From Promethearchaeota archaeon (GTDB lineage Archaea > Asgardarchaeota > Lokiarchaeia > Sigyniarchaeales > SOKP01): a DNA stretch of 64,000 nucleotides. The position numbers were made by a program, and so were the translations under genes. Under the pieces are notes generated by a model. It did no database searches and was not told the origin of the DNA. It saw only the letters and a list, made by a program, of their open reading frames with translations. Where the stretch lies: assembly GCA_030599585.1 (NCBI GenBank), contig JAUVNS010000009.1:96001-160000 (forward strand), read 5' to 3'. Shown piece by piece: positions 21,034 to 31,292 of this stretch; positions within the stretch are counted from its first letter, which is position 1, and every line of letters starts with the position of its first letter.

Positions 21034-21672
21034 TCAGTTTTTCAATAATTTCTGCTGATCGTATAAAAAATTTATATATAATATTTTATTTTCAATTCCT
21101 CTTATTTTTGAAAGATCTATATTTTTTAAACTACACTCTTCATTAACTTTTTGTATAAACTTAAGAAAGATGATTGATTCTTGAGAAAATGAAAAAAGAA
21201 AACAAAGTGAGCTATTTTCATCAATGTTCTCTCCATACTTAACATTTTCTTTAGAAATATCAGTAATAAATATCCTATTATCATCAAAGTTAGTATTAAT
21301 GTTTTCCAAAATAAGTTCTGAGCTAAGCAACTTTTTAACACATATCCCTGGAGTTGACTTGATCCAACCTCGATCGTTATAATTTTCATTGTTTTCTATT
21401 TTCATAATAGCTCTCAATAAAAGTAAAGCTTGGGATCTCTCATCAGAACCTAAATATCTCACAGATTTACCTTCAATCTTTATTAAAAGGTGATTTGATT
21501 CAATATATAAGTATAAATTATTAGTTTTTCTTATTGTATAAGAGATACAAAAAGATTCTCTTATAATAGCACATAGCTTATATACATCGAGGGGTGTCTT
21601 TCCTTTATCAATATCGCTTTTGGTATATTTAGTAACACATTCCAAAAATATTAAGAAATCCAATTTTATCAA
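21034..21672 (-). CDS. TrmY-like (SPOUT, tRNA pseudouridine-54 N1-methyltransferase related), divergent
   Basis: LCAIIRESFCISYTIRK and VRYLGSDERSQALLL resemble the TrmY N-terminal motifs. The C-terminal half is poorly recognisable. Confidence 0.5.
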   Translation of the reverse strand: MIKLDFLIFLECVTKYTKSDIDKGKTPLDVYKLCAIIRESFCISYTIRKTNNLYLYIESNHLLIKIEGKSVRYLGSDERSQALLLLRAIMKIENNENYNDRGWIKSTPGICVKKLLSSELILENINTNFDDNRIFITDISKENVKYGENIDENSSLCFLFSFSQESIIFLKFIQKVNEECSLKNIDLSKIRGIENKILYINFLYDQQKLLKN

Positions 21673-21687
21673 ATCTGAATACTATAC

Positions 21688-23064
21688 TTAGAATTTATTG
21701 CCTTTTCCTAACTTATTCATGAATTGGGCCCCTGCTTTCCCCATTCCCGGGATACCAGGCATTCCTTTTCCCTTTTTTTGCATTTGTAGAGCTTTCTTCA
21801 TGAATTTCTTCATTTGATTATATTGATCAAGCATTCTATTTATTGTAGCGTAATCAGTACCACTCCCAATAGCAATTCTTCTTTTTCGTGTTTTTTTGAT
21901 AATTTTTGGATCGTCTTTTTCTGCTTGAGTTAAAGAATTCAAAACAACTTCCCATTTCTCCAAATTTTTTTCAGCGTCATCAGTTAAAGCCTCAGGAATA
22001 TTACCTCCTCCCATCATTGCTAAGATTTGTTTCATATTTCCAACTTTTTTAATACTTTTCAACTGACTAAGAAGATCGTCCAATGTGAATTTACCTTTCA
22101 TCATTCTCTTAACCAAATCAGGATCGACATCAATCTCCGCTTCTTGTACCCTTTTGACCAATCCCTCTATATCAGGAACGCCTAGTAGAGAGCCTACAAA
22201 TGTTGAAGGGTTAAATTCTTCCAGATCCTCTAATTTTTCACCAACTCCAATAAATCTAATGGATTGATTAGTGGCAGCACAAGCAGATAATGCTCCACCT
22301 CCTTTAGCCGTCCCATCTAATTTGGTAACGATTATACTACCAATATTTGTAGATTTAGCAAATTCTTCTGCTTGCGAATAAGCTTGCTGCCCTAAAGTTC
22401 CATCTATTACTAAAATAACTTCGTTAGGTTTTAAACTTGATTCGATTTTTTCCATCTCTCTCATTAATTCTTTTTCTTCTTTATGTCGGCCAGCCGTATC
22501 TACAATTATTATGTCATGCTCGTCATTTATTGCTTTTTTAGTTTCTCTAACTGCAAGTTTTATCGCATTTTTTTCGTTAGGATTACCATAACATTTTACT
22601 CCAATTTGATCGGTTAACTGTACTAATTGTTCGTAAGCCCCAGGACGCCATGTATCAGTAGTAACTGCAGCTACTTTATATCCTTTATTCTTGTAAAATC
22701 GCGCTAGCTTGCCGATAGATGTAGTTTTACCTGAACCCTGGATTCCAACAAGTAGAATAACATTACTCTTGCCAGGTTTTATTCTTATAGGGGCAGATTT
22801 CCCTCCGATTGTTTTCACTAACTCATCATGAACGAGCTTAATTAAGAAGTCTTTCCTTCTCGCTCGTTTTAAATCCGTGTTCATTGCTTCTTTTTTGATA
22901 TTTTCAGTCATCTGGAAGACTAATTCTACTTTCACATCTGCTCCCAAAAGACTTGTTTGTAGCTCCTTTATTGCCACGTTAATTGCATCCTTATCGATTT
23001 TTGGCAAACCTCGCAATTTTCGCATTATCGATTCTAAATCTTTCCCTAATTTATTAAACGCCAT
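21688..23064 (-). CDS. srp54: Signal recognition particle protein Srp54
   Basis: GIQGSGKTT, DTAGRH, TKLDGTAKGGGALS, M domain FTLDD...RIAIGSG. Confidence 0.97.
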   Translation of the reverse strand: MAFNKLGKDLESIMRKLRGLPKIDKDAINVAIKELQTSLLGADVKVELVFQMTENIKKEAMNTDLKRARRKDFLIKLVHDELVKTIGGKSAPIRIKPGKSNVILLVGIQGSGKTTSIGKLARFYKNKGYKVAAVTTDTWRPGAYEQLVQLTDQIGVKCYGNPNEKNAIKLAVRETKKAINDEHDIIIVDTAGRHKEEKELMREMEKIESSLKPNEVILVIDGTLGQQAYSQAEEFAKSTNIGSIIVTKLDGTAKGGGALSACAATNQSIRFIGVGEKLEDLEEFNPSTFVGSLLGVPDIEGLVKRVQEAEIDVDPDLVKRMMKGKFTLDDLLSQLKSIKKVGNMKQILAMMGGGNIPEALTDDAEKNLEKWEVVLNSLTQAEKDDPKIIKKTRKRRIAIGSGTDYATINRMLDQYNQMKKFMKKALQMQKKGKGMPGIPGMGKAGAQFMNKLGKGNKF

Positions 23065-23217
23065 CGTATTAATGAAATTTTATTTATGTTTTAGTAATGA
23101 AAATAAACAAAAACTAATATTTTTTTTTAATTGATTATAATATAATATAAAAAAAGATATGTGAAAATAATAAACATTACTTAATAACAATACAGAAAAA
23201 AAAGGAGATTTTAGAAT

Positions 23218-23646
23218 ATGAGTATTAGAAGAACTGAAATTCAGAAGTTAAAAACCGGACAGTACATCATGGTTGATGAAGAACCGTGCCAAATTAAAGC
23301 AACTGAAAGAAGTAAATCAGGTAAACATGGACATGCGAAAGTTCGAGTTGTATGTGTCGGAGTGTTCGATAATAACAAGAGATCTCTCACCATACCCTCA
23401 GGGCATATGGTTGAAATTCCAGAGATTCTCAAAGGCACAGCTCAAATTAATTTTATTGAAGATACATCGATTAACATAATGGATCTGGAAACATATGAAT
23501 CTGTGGATGTTAATTGGCCTGCAGATGAAGAATTAAAACAAAAAATAAAAGATTTACAAAAGGATCCGGGTAAAATGTCTTTAGCACAAGTAGAATATTG
23601 GCAACTTGCAGGAAAAACTTTGATAAACAGAGTTATTATTACCTAA
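23218..23646 (+). CDS. eif5a: Translation factor eIF5A/aIF5A
   Basis: Hypusination motif SKSGKHGHAK. Confidence 0.95.
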   Translation: MSIRRTEIQKLKTGQYIMVDEEPCQIKATERSKSGKHGHAKVRVVCVGVFDNNKRSLTIPSGHMVEIPEILKGTAQINFIEDTSINIMDLETYESVDVNWPADEELKQKIKDLQKDPGKMSLAQVEYWQLAGKTLINRVIIT

Positions 23647-23756
23647 TAAGCTATTAGAACAGAATAAAGCATAATAATAGATTTTGTTTCCCAAATTTTA
23701 ATATTTCTTATTGTGTATTACTATTCAAGAAAAACTCTTAAAAGAGGCGGAGTGAT

Positions 23757-24683
23757 ATGGAAAAAAAACCAATTTCTTTAGCTTGCAGAATGGACTCAGA
23801 GAGAGCGATTAACTTAACAAAAAAGATTTTCGAATTTTTAGTAAAAAAGGGTGAGATTGTTCAGATGGAGACTAGAATCGCACCTAAAATATTTCCTCAT
23901 AGTGGAATGGATCTAAAGGAAATGACGAAAGATAACACAAAATTTTTAGTCTCTGTAGGGGGAGACGGAACTATATTAAGAGTAGCAGGTGGATTGCCAC
24001 CTAGGAACTCACCACCTATATTAGGCGTTAACATTGGATCCATAGGATTCTTAGATGAAACAAATGAAAGGAATGTTTTTAACGATATAAATCGTGTTTT
24101 AAAAGGAGATTTTTTAATTGAAAAATGCTCTAAATTAACTGCGTTTTTATTAAGGGATTCCGAAGAAATTCGATTGAGTAATGCTCTAAACGAAGTTTTA
24201 ATAATCTCATCAAAGAGTTCAAAAGTTCTTTTGGCGTCTGTAAAAATAAACGGGTGTTATCTCAATCGTAGTTATCTAGATGGAATTATTGTTTCTACTT
24301 CTGTTGGTTCTACTGCTTATAACCTTAGCGCAGGTGGTGCGATTGTTAAATCAACAATGGATATAATGCAAATTACACCGTTAAATAGTTTTGCGCGATC
24401 AGGCTTGAAACCTATCGTACTACCAATAGATAGCGAAGTTGAAATCCAACTCTTAAGACCAAGATTAAGCGCTAAGATTATTATTGATGGCCAAAAAACT
24501 TTAAAAGATGTCCAGCCAAAATCAATAGTTAGAATTCGTAAAGCAAATTCTTATACAAGTTTTATTCGTCTTTCTAAAAGTATTAGCGATAATTATATTA
24601 GAAGATTAAGAAAAAAGATAATTGGAACTATAAAGGTGCCGTTAGACGACAGTCCAGAAGAAGAAATCAATTCTAGTTTTTGA
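23757..24683 (+). CDS. nadK: NAD(+) kinase
   Basis: GGDGT, GSIGFL, LNE, GSTAYNLSAGG, IDGQ. Confidence 0.93.
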   Translation: MEKKPISLACRMDSERAINLTKKIFEFLVKKGEIVQMETRIAPKIFPHSGMDLKEMTKDNTKFLVSVGGDGTILRVAGGLPPRNSPPILGVNIGSIGFLDETNERNVFNDINRVLKGDFLIEKCSKLTAFLLRDSEEIRLSNALNEVLIISSKSSKVLLASVKINGCYLNRSYLDGIIVSTSVGSTAYNLSAGGAIVKSTMDIMQITPLNSFARSGLKPIVLPIDSEVEIQLLRPRLSAKIIIDGQKTLKDVQPKSIVRIRKANSYTSFIRLSKSISDNYIRRLRKKIIGTIKVPLDDSPEEEINSSF

Positions 24684-25200
24684 TACAAATATATTTTTAA
24701 CTGGCGTAGATTTTAATTACTTTCCAGAAAGAATTTTCACAACACCAGAGATTGTGGATGAATTAAAAGTACCAAAATACATCAATCGAAACAGAAATAT
24801 TTTATTTAGAATAGAATTAGCAATTGAGACTGGAAAACTAGTCGTTAAAAGAAGTCAGGATAAGTACTCAAATATAGTTGAGGCAAAATCCAAATCAACG
24901 GGTACTACGAAGGTTTTATCTAAGAACGACATCAATTTAATAGGTTTAGTATTAGAGTTAATGGACACATACCCGGAAGATATCATACTATACACTAATG
25001 ATTATTCCATGGAAAATTTATGTACTATGTTAAAAATTAGGTTCAGACCTCTATATAAAAAAGGAATAGAGGAAAAAATGTACTTCGAAGTATATTGTCC
25101 TTATTGCAAAACCCTATACAAACCAGAAGATTTAGGCAAAAAATGTGAAAGGTGTGGATTGCAACTCAAGAAGCGTTTGCTACAAAAGGAAAAAATATAG
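24646..25200 (+). CDS. nob1: Nob1-like PIN endonuclease with Zn ribbon; true start lies upstream of the ORF-track start
   Basis: Same frame upstream reads SILVFDTNIFL (PIN Asp1), then TTPEIVDEL, LSKNDI, TNDYSMEN, CPYC...CERCG. No ATG/GTG/TTG before the PIN motif; ACG 24646 is the candidate start. Confidence 0.8.
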   Translation, partial: TTVQKKKSILVFDTNIFLTGVDFNYFPERIFTTPEIVDELKVPKYINRNRNILFRIELAIETGKLVVKRSQDKYSNIVEAKSKSTGTTKVLSKNDINLIGLVLELMDTYPEDIILYTNDYSMENLCTMLKIRFRPLYKKGIEEKMYFEVYCPYCKTLYKPEDLGKKCERCGLQLKKRLLQKEKI

Positions 25201-25257
25201 TGGAAAATATATAGAATAAAATTTAGATTATTATTGGACATAAATTAAAGATAAACC

Positions 25258-26313
25258 ATGGGCACTAAAATAAATGAACTAGTAAAAGAAGTAAGGAGAA
25301 CTATAACTTTTGATAATTTATTAAATAAACAAATTGCTATCGATGCCTTTAACACGATCTACCAGTTCTTAGCTATTATCCGGCAAAGAGATGGAACACC
25401 ACTAAAAGACTACAATGGAAATATAACTTCCCATCTATCCGGATTATTCTATAGAACTATTAATTTTTTAGAGCATAGTATAAAACCTATTTATGTGTTT
25501 GATGGAATTCCTTCTGAGTTAAAAATGGAGACTATAAAAGAAAGAAGAAAAATCAAAGAAGTGGCAAAGAAGAAGATGATCAAAGCACAAGAGGATGGAG
25601 ATTATAGAGAAGCTAAAAAATATGCTCAGATGACTTCCAAATTGGATGCTACTATGATTGAGGAAAGTAAGAAATTATTAAAATATCTTGGAATACCCAT
25701 CGTTGATGCTACTTCTGAAGGTGAAGCTCAATCTGCTTTTTTAGTCGAAAAAGGAGATGCATGGGCATGCGCTTCTCAAGATTACGATACATTACTCTTT
25801 GGTGGAGAGAGGTTAATACGAAATTTTGCTGTGAGCCGGAGTAAGAAACTTAAAAACACAACCGTTACACTTGATATCGAGTACATCTCCCTATCAAAAT
25901 TTCTTGAAAATTTACACATAACACGCGAACAGCTAGTAGAAATGGGAATATTAATAGGAACGGATTTCTATCCAGGTATTAAAGGGATTGGACAACATAA
26001 AGCTCTCGAACTTATTAGAAAGCACGGTTCATTAGATAATATCATAAATAATAAAGTTAAAGTTGGGAATATTGCTATTCAAGTTGATAGAAGTACTATT
26101 GAACAAATAAAAGAGATCTTTTTATACCCAAATATAAAAAAAGACTATCCAAAGATAACCTGGGAAAAAAGTAAATACGAAAAAGTCGAAGAACTTCTGA
26201 TAGAACAACACAATTTTTCAAGGCAAAGGGTTGAAAACGCGATTGAACGCTTAAAAAAACAAACTTCCTCCAAAACACAAGTTTCATTAGATAGTTTCTT
26301 CAAAAAAAATTAA
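25258..26313 (+). CDS. fen: Flap endonuclease 1
   Basis: IDAFNTIYQFLAIIRQRDG, SEGEAQ, SQDYD, GTDFYPG, PIP box QVSLDSFF. Confidence 0.97.
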   Translation: MGTKINELVKEVRRTITFDNLLNKQIAIDAFNTIYQFLAIIRQRDGTPLKDYNGNITSHLSGLFYRTINFLEHSIKPIYVFDGIPSELKMETIKERRKIKEVAKKKMIKAQEDGDYREAKKYAQMTSKLDATMIEESKKLLKYLGIPIVDATSEGEAQSAFLVEKGDAWACASQDYDTLLFGGERLIRNFAVSRSKKLKNTTVTLDIEYISLSKFLENLHITREQLVEMGILIGTDFYPGIKGIGQHKALELIRKHGSLDNIINNKVKVGNIAIQVDRSTIEQIKEIFLYPNIKKDYPKITWEKSKYEKVEELLIEQHNFSRQRVENAIERLKKQTSSKTQVSLDSFFKKN

Positions 26314-26400
26314 AATTTATCTTCAAAAAAAAGCAAAAATTTTTACAAAATTATTCTTTTATATTTTTATAATACTCAAAATAGTATTAAAGGTCCTAAT

Positions 26401-28623
26401 ATGTCAATAAAAGAGAATAACTCAAATGGCAAGGAAAATCTTAAAGTATCATTACGAGTGCAAGAAGCAAAAAAAAGGGATATTGGTCGAAATATAGCTA
26501 GAATTGATCAGGAAACCATGGAAAGGTTAGATATAAAAACAGGTGACGTTATCGCCCTTGTTGGAAAGAAAGAGAGTGCTGGAATAGCTTGGCCCAGTTA
26601 TCCGCAAGATAGTGGTTTAGGGATCATACGTATTGACTCCAGATTGAAAAAGAATATCGGAACGAGTATAGACGAAACGATTCAAATCAAAAAAGTAAAA
26701 GTTCATTCCGCTCAAAATATCGTTCTAGCACCAATTAGTGTTAAAATAAAATCAAACCCAAGGTTTGAAACCTTCGTTAAACGAAAATTGAGTAATTATC
26801 CTGTTACTATTGACGATTTCATATTTATATCAATAGGGATCAGCCGGGAAATTACTTTTAAGGTCATAAGTATGAGACCGAGTGGAATTTGTACCATTAA
26901 GCCAGAAACATCTCTCCACATTAGCGAACACATTACTGAAGATGAAGAGCGGGGGACCGATTATGTTACGTACGAAGATGTTGGAGGTTTAGATCGTGAA
27001 ATACAAAGAGTTAGAGAAATGGTTGAGCTCCCATTAAGACATCCTTCATTATTTAAGCGTTTAGGTATTGACCCTCCAAAGGGGGTTTTATTAAGAGGAC
27101 CTCCAGGGTGTGGCAAAACTCTATTAGCTAAAGCCGTGGCAAACGAAAGCGAAGCCTATTTTATTTCAATAAATGGACCAGAAATAATGAGCAAGTTTTA
27201 TGGTGAGTCAGAAAAAAAATTACGTAAAATATTCATTGAGGCGGAAGAAAAAAGTCCTTCAATAATTTTTATTGATGAAATTGATGCTATCGCTCCTAAA
27301 AGAGAAACCGTTACAGGAGAAGTTGAAAGAAGGGTTGTCGCTCAATTATTAGCATTAATGGATGGGTTGCATAGTAGAGGTAAAGTAATAGTTATAGGCG
27401 CAACAAATAGACCAAATAGTTTAGACCCTGCATTAAGACGCCCTGGTAGATTTGATCGTGAAATAGAGATAAAAGTACCCAATGAAAAAGGAAGGAGAGA
27501 AGTTTTTCAAATTCACACGAGGAACATGCCCCTCGATAAAAAAATATCATTAAAAGAATTTGCAAACATAACTCATGGATTTGTAGGAGCAGACATTTCC
27601 GCAGTCTGTCGAGAAGCAGCAATGTCTGCCCTTAGAAGATATTTACCACAAATTAATTTGGATTCTGAAATTATTGATCCTGAGTTATTAGAACAAATAG
27701 AAGTTACCAAAGCAGATTTTGAGGAAGCTTTAAAAGAAGTAATGCCATCTGGAATAAGAGAAGTGTTCGTCGAAATACCAAATGTCACTTGGGAGCAAAT
27801 AGGTGGATTGGAAGATTTAAAGCAAAAGTTGATAGAATCTGTTGATTGGCCTTTATCTCATCCTAAAATATTCAAGCGAATGGGAATAAATCCTCCAAGA
27901 GGAATCTTACTATATGGCCCCCCTGGATGTGGAAAGACGCTTTTAGCTCGTGCAGTAGCAACCGAAACTAAAGCAAATTTTATATCAATTAAGGGACCTG
28001 AATTGCTATCAAAATATGTTGGAGAAAGCGAAAAAGCAATTCGTGAGGTATTCCGAAAAGCTAAAATGGCAGCGCCATGTATCATATTTTTTGATGAATT
28101 TGATTCGATAGCTCCAACTAGAGGTAGGCACACTACCGATTCAGGAACTTCAGAAAAAGTTCTCTCACAATTTTTAACTGAGTTGGATGGACTGGAAGTA
28201 AAAAAAGATATTATAGTGATTGCTGCTACAAACCGCCCCGACATTTTAGACCCTGCTTTAATAAGACCGGGAAGAATTGACAGAATACTCCTCGTTCCCG
28301 CTCCTGATGAAGATGAAAGACAACAAATACTAAAGATTTTTACCAAAGACATGCCTTTAGCAGCTAATATTGATTTAAATGAATTAAATAAGAAGCTAGA
28401 CGGTTTCACTGGAGCAGATATAGAAACTTTATGCCGTGAAGCTGGCATGATTGCTTTAAGAGAAAATTTGAGAGCAAGGAAAATTACTGAGGAACACTTT
28501 ATAATGGCAATAGAATCGCTTTACCCAAGTATTACGGCAGAAATAATTAAATGGTATGAAGATTTTGGAAAAAAATTAAAAAGTAGAATCATTCAACAAT
28601 CAGAAGATCAGATGGTTTCGTAA
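26401..28623 (+). CDS. cdc48: CDC48/VCP AAA+ ATPase
   Basis: N-domain plus two AAA modules (GPPGCGKT twice; [11 protein letters not shown] and FDEFDSIAP; RPGRFDR). Confidence 0.96.
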   Translation: MSIKENNSNGKENLKVSLRVQEAKKRDIGRNIARIDQETMERLDIKTGDVIALVGKKESAGIAWPSYPQDSGLGIIRIDSRLKKNIGTSIDETIQIKKVKVHSAQNIVLAPISVKIKSNPRFETFVKRKLSNYPVTIDDFIFISIGISREITFKVISMRPSGICTIKPETSLHISEHITEDEERGTDYVTYEDVGGLDREIQRVREMVELPLRHPSLFKRLGIDPPKGVLLRGPPGCGKTLLAKAVANESEAYFISINGPEIMSKFYGESEKKLRKIFIEAEEKSPSIIFIDEIDAIAPKRETVTGEVERRVVAQLLALMDGLHSRGKVIVIGATNRPNSLDPALRRPGRFDREIEIKVPNEKGRREVFQIHTRNMPLDKKISLKEFANITHGFVGADISAVCREAAMSALRRYLPQINLDSEIIDPELLEQIEVTKADFEEALKEVMPSGIREVFVEIPNVTWEQIGGLEDLKQKLIESVDWPLSHPKIFKRMGINPPRGILLYGPPGCGKTLLARAVATETKANFISIKGPELLSKYVGESEKAIREVFRKAKMAAPCIIFFDEFDSIAPTRGRHTTDSGTSEKVLSQFLTELDGLEVKKDIIVIAATNRPDILDPALIRPGRIDRILLVPAPDEDERQQILKIFTKDMPLAANIDLNELNKKLDGFTGADIETLCREAGMIALRENLRARKITEEHFIMAIESLYPSITAEIIKWYEDFGKKLKSRIIQQSEDQMVS

Positions 28624-28694
28624 AATTAATTTATTTGATATTATTATATTATTGGAACTAATTATAAATTAAATTTAGTATAAGGTGTTTTATC

Positions 28695-28967
28695 ATCGAA
28701 AGTCACAGATGGAATCAAAAACCGGTCGTAAATTCTTTAATAGATATTTTGATAAAAAATAAAGGCGAAATTTTAGATAAACGATTAGAAGAATTACTTA
28801 AGAAAGAATTCTCATTTATTCAAACACTAATGTTAGAAGAGCTCCTAATGAAGCTGGAAAGTCGAAGTATAATTAATGTATTTAGGGTTTCAAAAACAAA
28901 AAAAATGATTGTACTGAACAAAAGAAACCAGCATATTAGAAGTGAAATAATGGACGAGTTAAATTGA
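28695..28967 (+). CDS. Small winged-helix-like hypothetical protein (start uncertain: ATC 28695 or TTG 28749)
   Basis: Open frame ESHRWNQKPVVNSLIDILIKNKG...LLMKLESRSIINV. AGGTG at 28683-28687. Confidence 0.55.
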   Translation: MESHRWNQKPVVNSLIDILIKNKGEILDKRLEELLKKEFSFIQTLMLEELLMKLESRSIINVFRVSKTKKMIVLNKRNQHIRSEIMDELN

Positions 28968-30476
28968 GTGGATCTTTTTCCAGTTGATGCATTCTTGAGC
29001 TAAAGTTGCGTGTTCAGTTGGAGATTTAAATTTTCTTTCTCGTATATCTACAAATATTGGATAATTTACGGCATTCCCCATTAATAACATTTCACCAACG
29101 CCAAGACTTGAAATCATATTAGCGAAATCTTTTGTGATTGCTTCAGAACTGTCCATCAGATGCTTTAAATCGTAAGGATTTTTAATATTAAGAATTAATT
29201 TCGAATTAGTTTGCGATAAAGCAGTAGTGCTTAACTTTTTTGGTCTTTGACTTATTAAACATAAACACGCCATAAATTTCCTTCCTTCTCTTGCAATTGT
29301 TTCAATTATATGTTTTGAAATTGCTTTTGAATGAGCGGCTTCTGGGCAGAATTGGTGGGATTCTTCAATTATCAGTAGAAACGGAGGAATCTTATTCATT
29401 CTTCTAAGATAAAACAAGCGAGTACATATATAATCAACAATTATCTGTTTTTTCCGAATTGAAATTTCATTTTGGAGATTAAAAATTGATATTTCTCCTT
29501 GATTCACAAAATTATTTATAACAGGATTTTCTTGCGGTCCGAATAATTTTAACCAGTTTAATTCAGATAACCACCCTATCAAAGCTTGCTTAGTATTTTT
29601 ACTACCTTCTGGATCATTCTCAATTTCTTCAATAATTTCATTAAGTGCGTATTTTTTATTATTTTTTCTTAATTTCTTAATGTATTTAGCTAACTCTCTT
29701 ATTTGAACATAAGATATTTGTTCTTGATATTTTTTAAAAATGTAAGCACTTAAGCTAGGGGTTGAAATTTGAAAATACGAAGTGTCTACGACTTTAACTT
29801 TATTTTTTATCGAGGGAATGTTTTTAAGATAAGTATATTCACCGTGGACATCCACCATAATGATCGCTGGTGTTCCATAGCTATTCTCTCTTGTTAACAA
29901 TTCTTCTATTAATACTGAAGTAAGATAACTTTTGCCTCCTCCTGAGATTGAGAGAATTGCAAAATGTTTGTTTAGCAATCGATCCATGTCGATACGAGCT
30001 TCGATATCCGATACTTTAACCTTTCCAACATTTAATCCGTGTTTACGATTAATACCAATAAAATCATCTAAGGTTTCTTCTTCAACTAAAAATACTTCTT
30101 TTCCTGGACTTGCTGGATACATCATCCTTTTTATCCTGTTAAACTCAGTTTCATCTGGGTCACTGAATTCTACTATTCCTAAGTTTCTTACAATTGCAAT
30201 AGCATATTCAAAATCGTCACTAGGAAAGAGCCCTTTTAGAACATTTGGGTTAGTTTCGCTGTTATAAGCTTTAATTGTAAGAGCATCAGAGAAATATTCG
30301 TTTAATAACACAATTTTTTCAATTATACCTATTAAATAACCTTCGATAGATTTAGTATATACAAACAAGCCCTTTTTAACGAGTAATCCACCACTCCTCT
30401 TATTTATAACAAAAGGATAATTTGAAACATCAGGTAATTGAAGAAAATTAAACACTATACCAAGTTTTAAAGACAT
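28959..30476 (-). CDS. HerA/DUF87 family ATPase
   Basis: HFAILSISGGGKS, DVHGEY, IEESHQF, IAREGRKF, ISQRP. Confidence 0.9.
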   Translation of the reverse strand: MSLKLGIVFNFLQLPDVSNYPFVINKRSGGLLVKKGLFVYTKSIEGYLIGIIEKIVLLNEYFSDALTIKAYNSETNPNVLKGLFPSDDFEYAIAIVRNLGIVEFSDPDETEFNRIKRMMYPASPGKEVFLVEEETLDDFIGINRKHGLNVGKVKVSDIEARIDMDRLLNKHFAILSISGGGKSYLTSVLIEELLTRENSYGTPAIIMVDVHGEYTYLKNIPSIKNKVKVVDTSYFQISTPSLSAYIFKKYQEQISYVQIRELAKYIKKLRKNNKKYALNEIIEEIENDPEGSKNTKQALIGWLSELNWLKLFGPQENPVINNFVNQGEISIFNLQNEISIRKKQIIVDYICTRLFYLRRMNKIPPFLLIIEESHQFCPEAAHSKAISKHIIETIAREGRKFMACLCLISQRPKKLSTTALSQTNSKLILNIKNPYDLKHLMDSSEAITKDFANMISSLGVGEMLLMGNAVNYPIFVDIRERKFKSPTEHATLAQECINWKKIHSI

Positions 30477-30592
30477 TGAATTTAGATAGGTAAAAATATT
30501 AATAAATATAGATAAGAGACAGAATTTACTGATTTAAAAAGAAAGCAAATTAGTAAAAAAAAAAAACACATGGATGAAATAAAATTTAGGCT

Positions 30593-31198
30593 CTATCTCT
30601 CCAATTTTCCCATTATTCTTAATATTACATAATACCCATTTTTCCAAAAGTAAATCATGAAGAGAGAAACAGCCAGCAATGCAAATAATGAAATCCCTGT
30701 GAATAAAATCCAATTACCAGCTGAAAATGAGGCCAATAATGCAGAAAATGGTGAACTTTGGGTAGGACCAAGCAAAATCTCTTGAATTATAGCGATTACA
30801 AGACCTATAATAATTGCCATTATGCTTATTAACAAGCCCCCAGCTGCGATTTTAACATCTATGCGATTTTTATACTTTTCTTCAATTTCTCTAACTTTGA
30901 ATATGAAGTGTAACACCCATTTTCTTCCTTTTTTGAATAATCCGAAGAAAAATATTAAGAGAAAAAACAACCCTGCTAAAATTCCAGCGACTATTGCTAT
31001 TTGGTATCCTAATGTTAATCCCAAGAAAGATTCTAACTTCCCAGTTGGCATCATAAAATCAAATAATGACCAAATACCTCCAGTAATGCAAATTAAGCAA
31101 GAAATAACGATAAAAACGTAAAATAATTCTCCGACTACTTTTTGTTTTGAAGCATAAATTTCGTTTGAACTTGAGTATGATTCTTCCATATTTTCCAC
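30593..31198 (-). CDS. Hypothetical membrane protein (4 TM, internal two-fold repeat)
   Basis: Four hydrophobic segments; both halves end in F..GxxxxL-like motifs. Confidence 0.75.
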   Translation of the reverse strand: MENMEESYSSSNEIYASKQKVVGELFYVFIVISCLICITGGIWSLFDFMMPTGKLESFLGLTLGYQIAIVAGILAGLFFLLIFFFGLFKKGRKWVLHFIFKVREIEEKYKNRIDVKIAAGGLLISIMAIIIGLVIAIIQEILLGPTQSSPFSALLASFSAGNWILFTGISLFALLAVSLFMIYFWKNGYYVILRIMGKLER

Positions 31199-31292
31199 TA
31201 TACTATTTTAGTTAACAATTTTATAACAATCTAAGTATATAAAATTGTTTATTATTGCTTAAAATTAAAGAGAAGAACTCGAAATGAAAGGT

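Noticed and set aside
24640-24690. Programmed frameshift fusing NadK to Nob1
   Set aside because: It would need a +1 shift with no clear slippery signal. SD plus ACG is simpler, though not proven.
27858-28448. 196-aa antisense ORF and other short opposite-strand ORFs (e.g. 279-644, 29932-30267, 36853-37194)
   Set aside because: Shadows of well-supported genes; no motifs.
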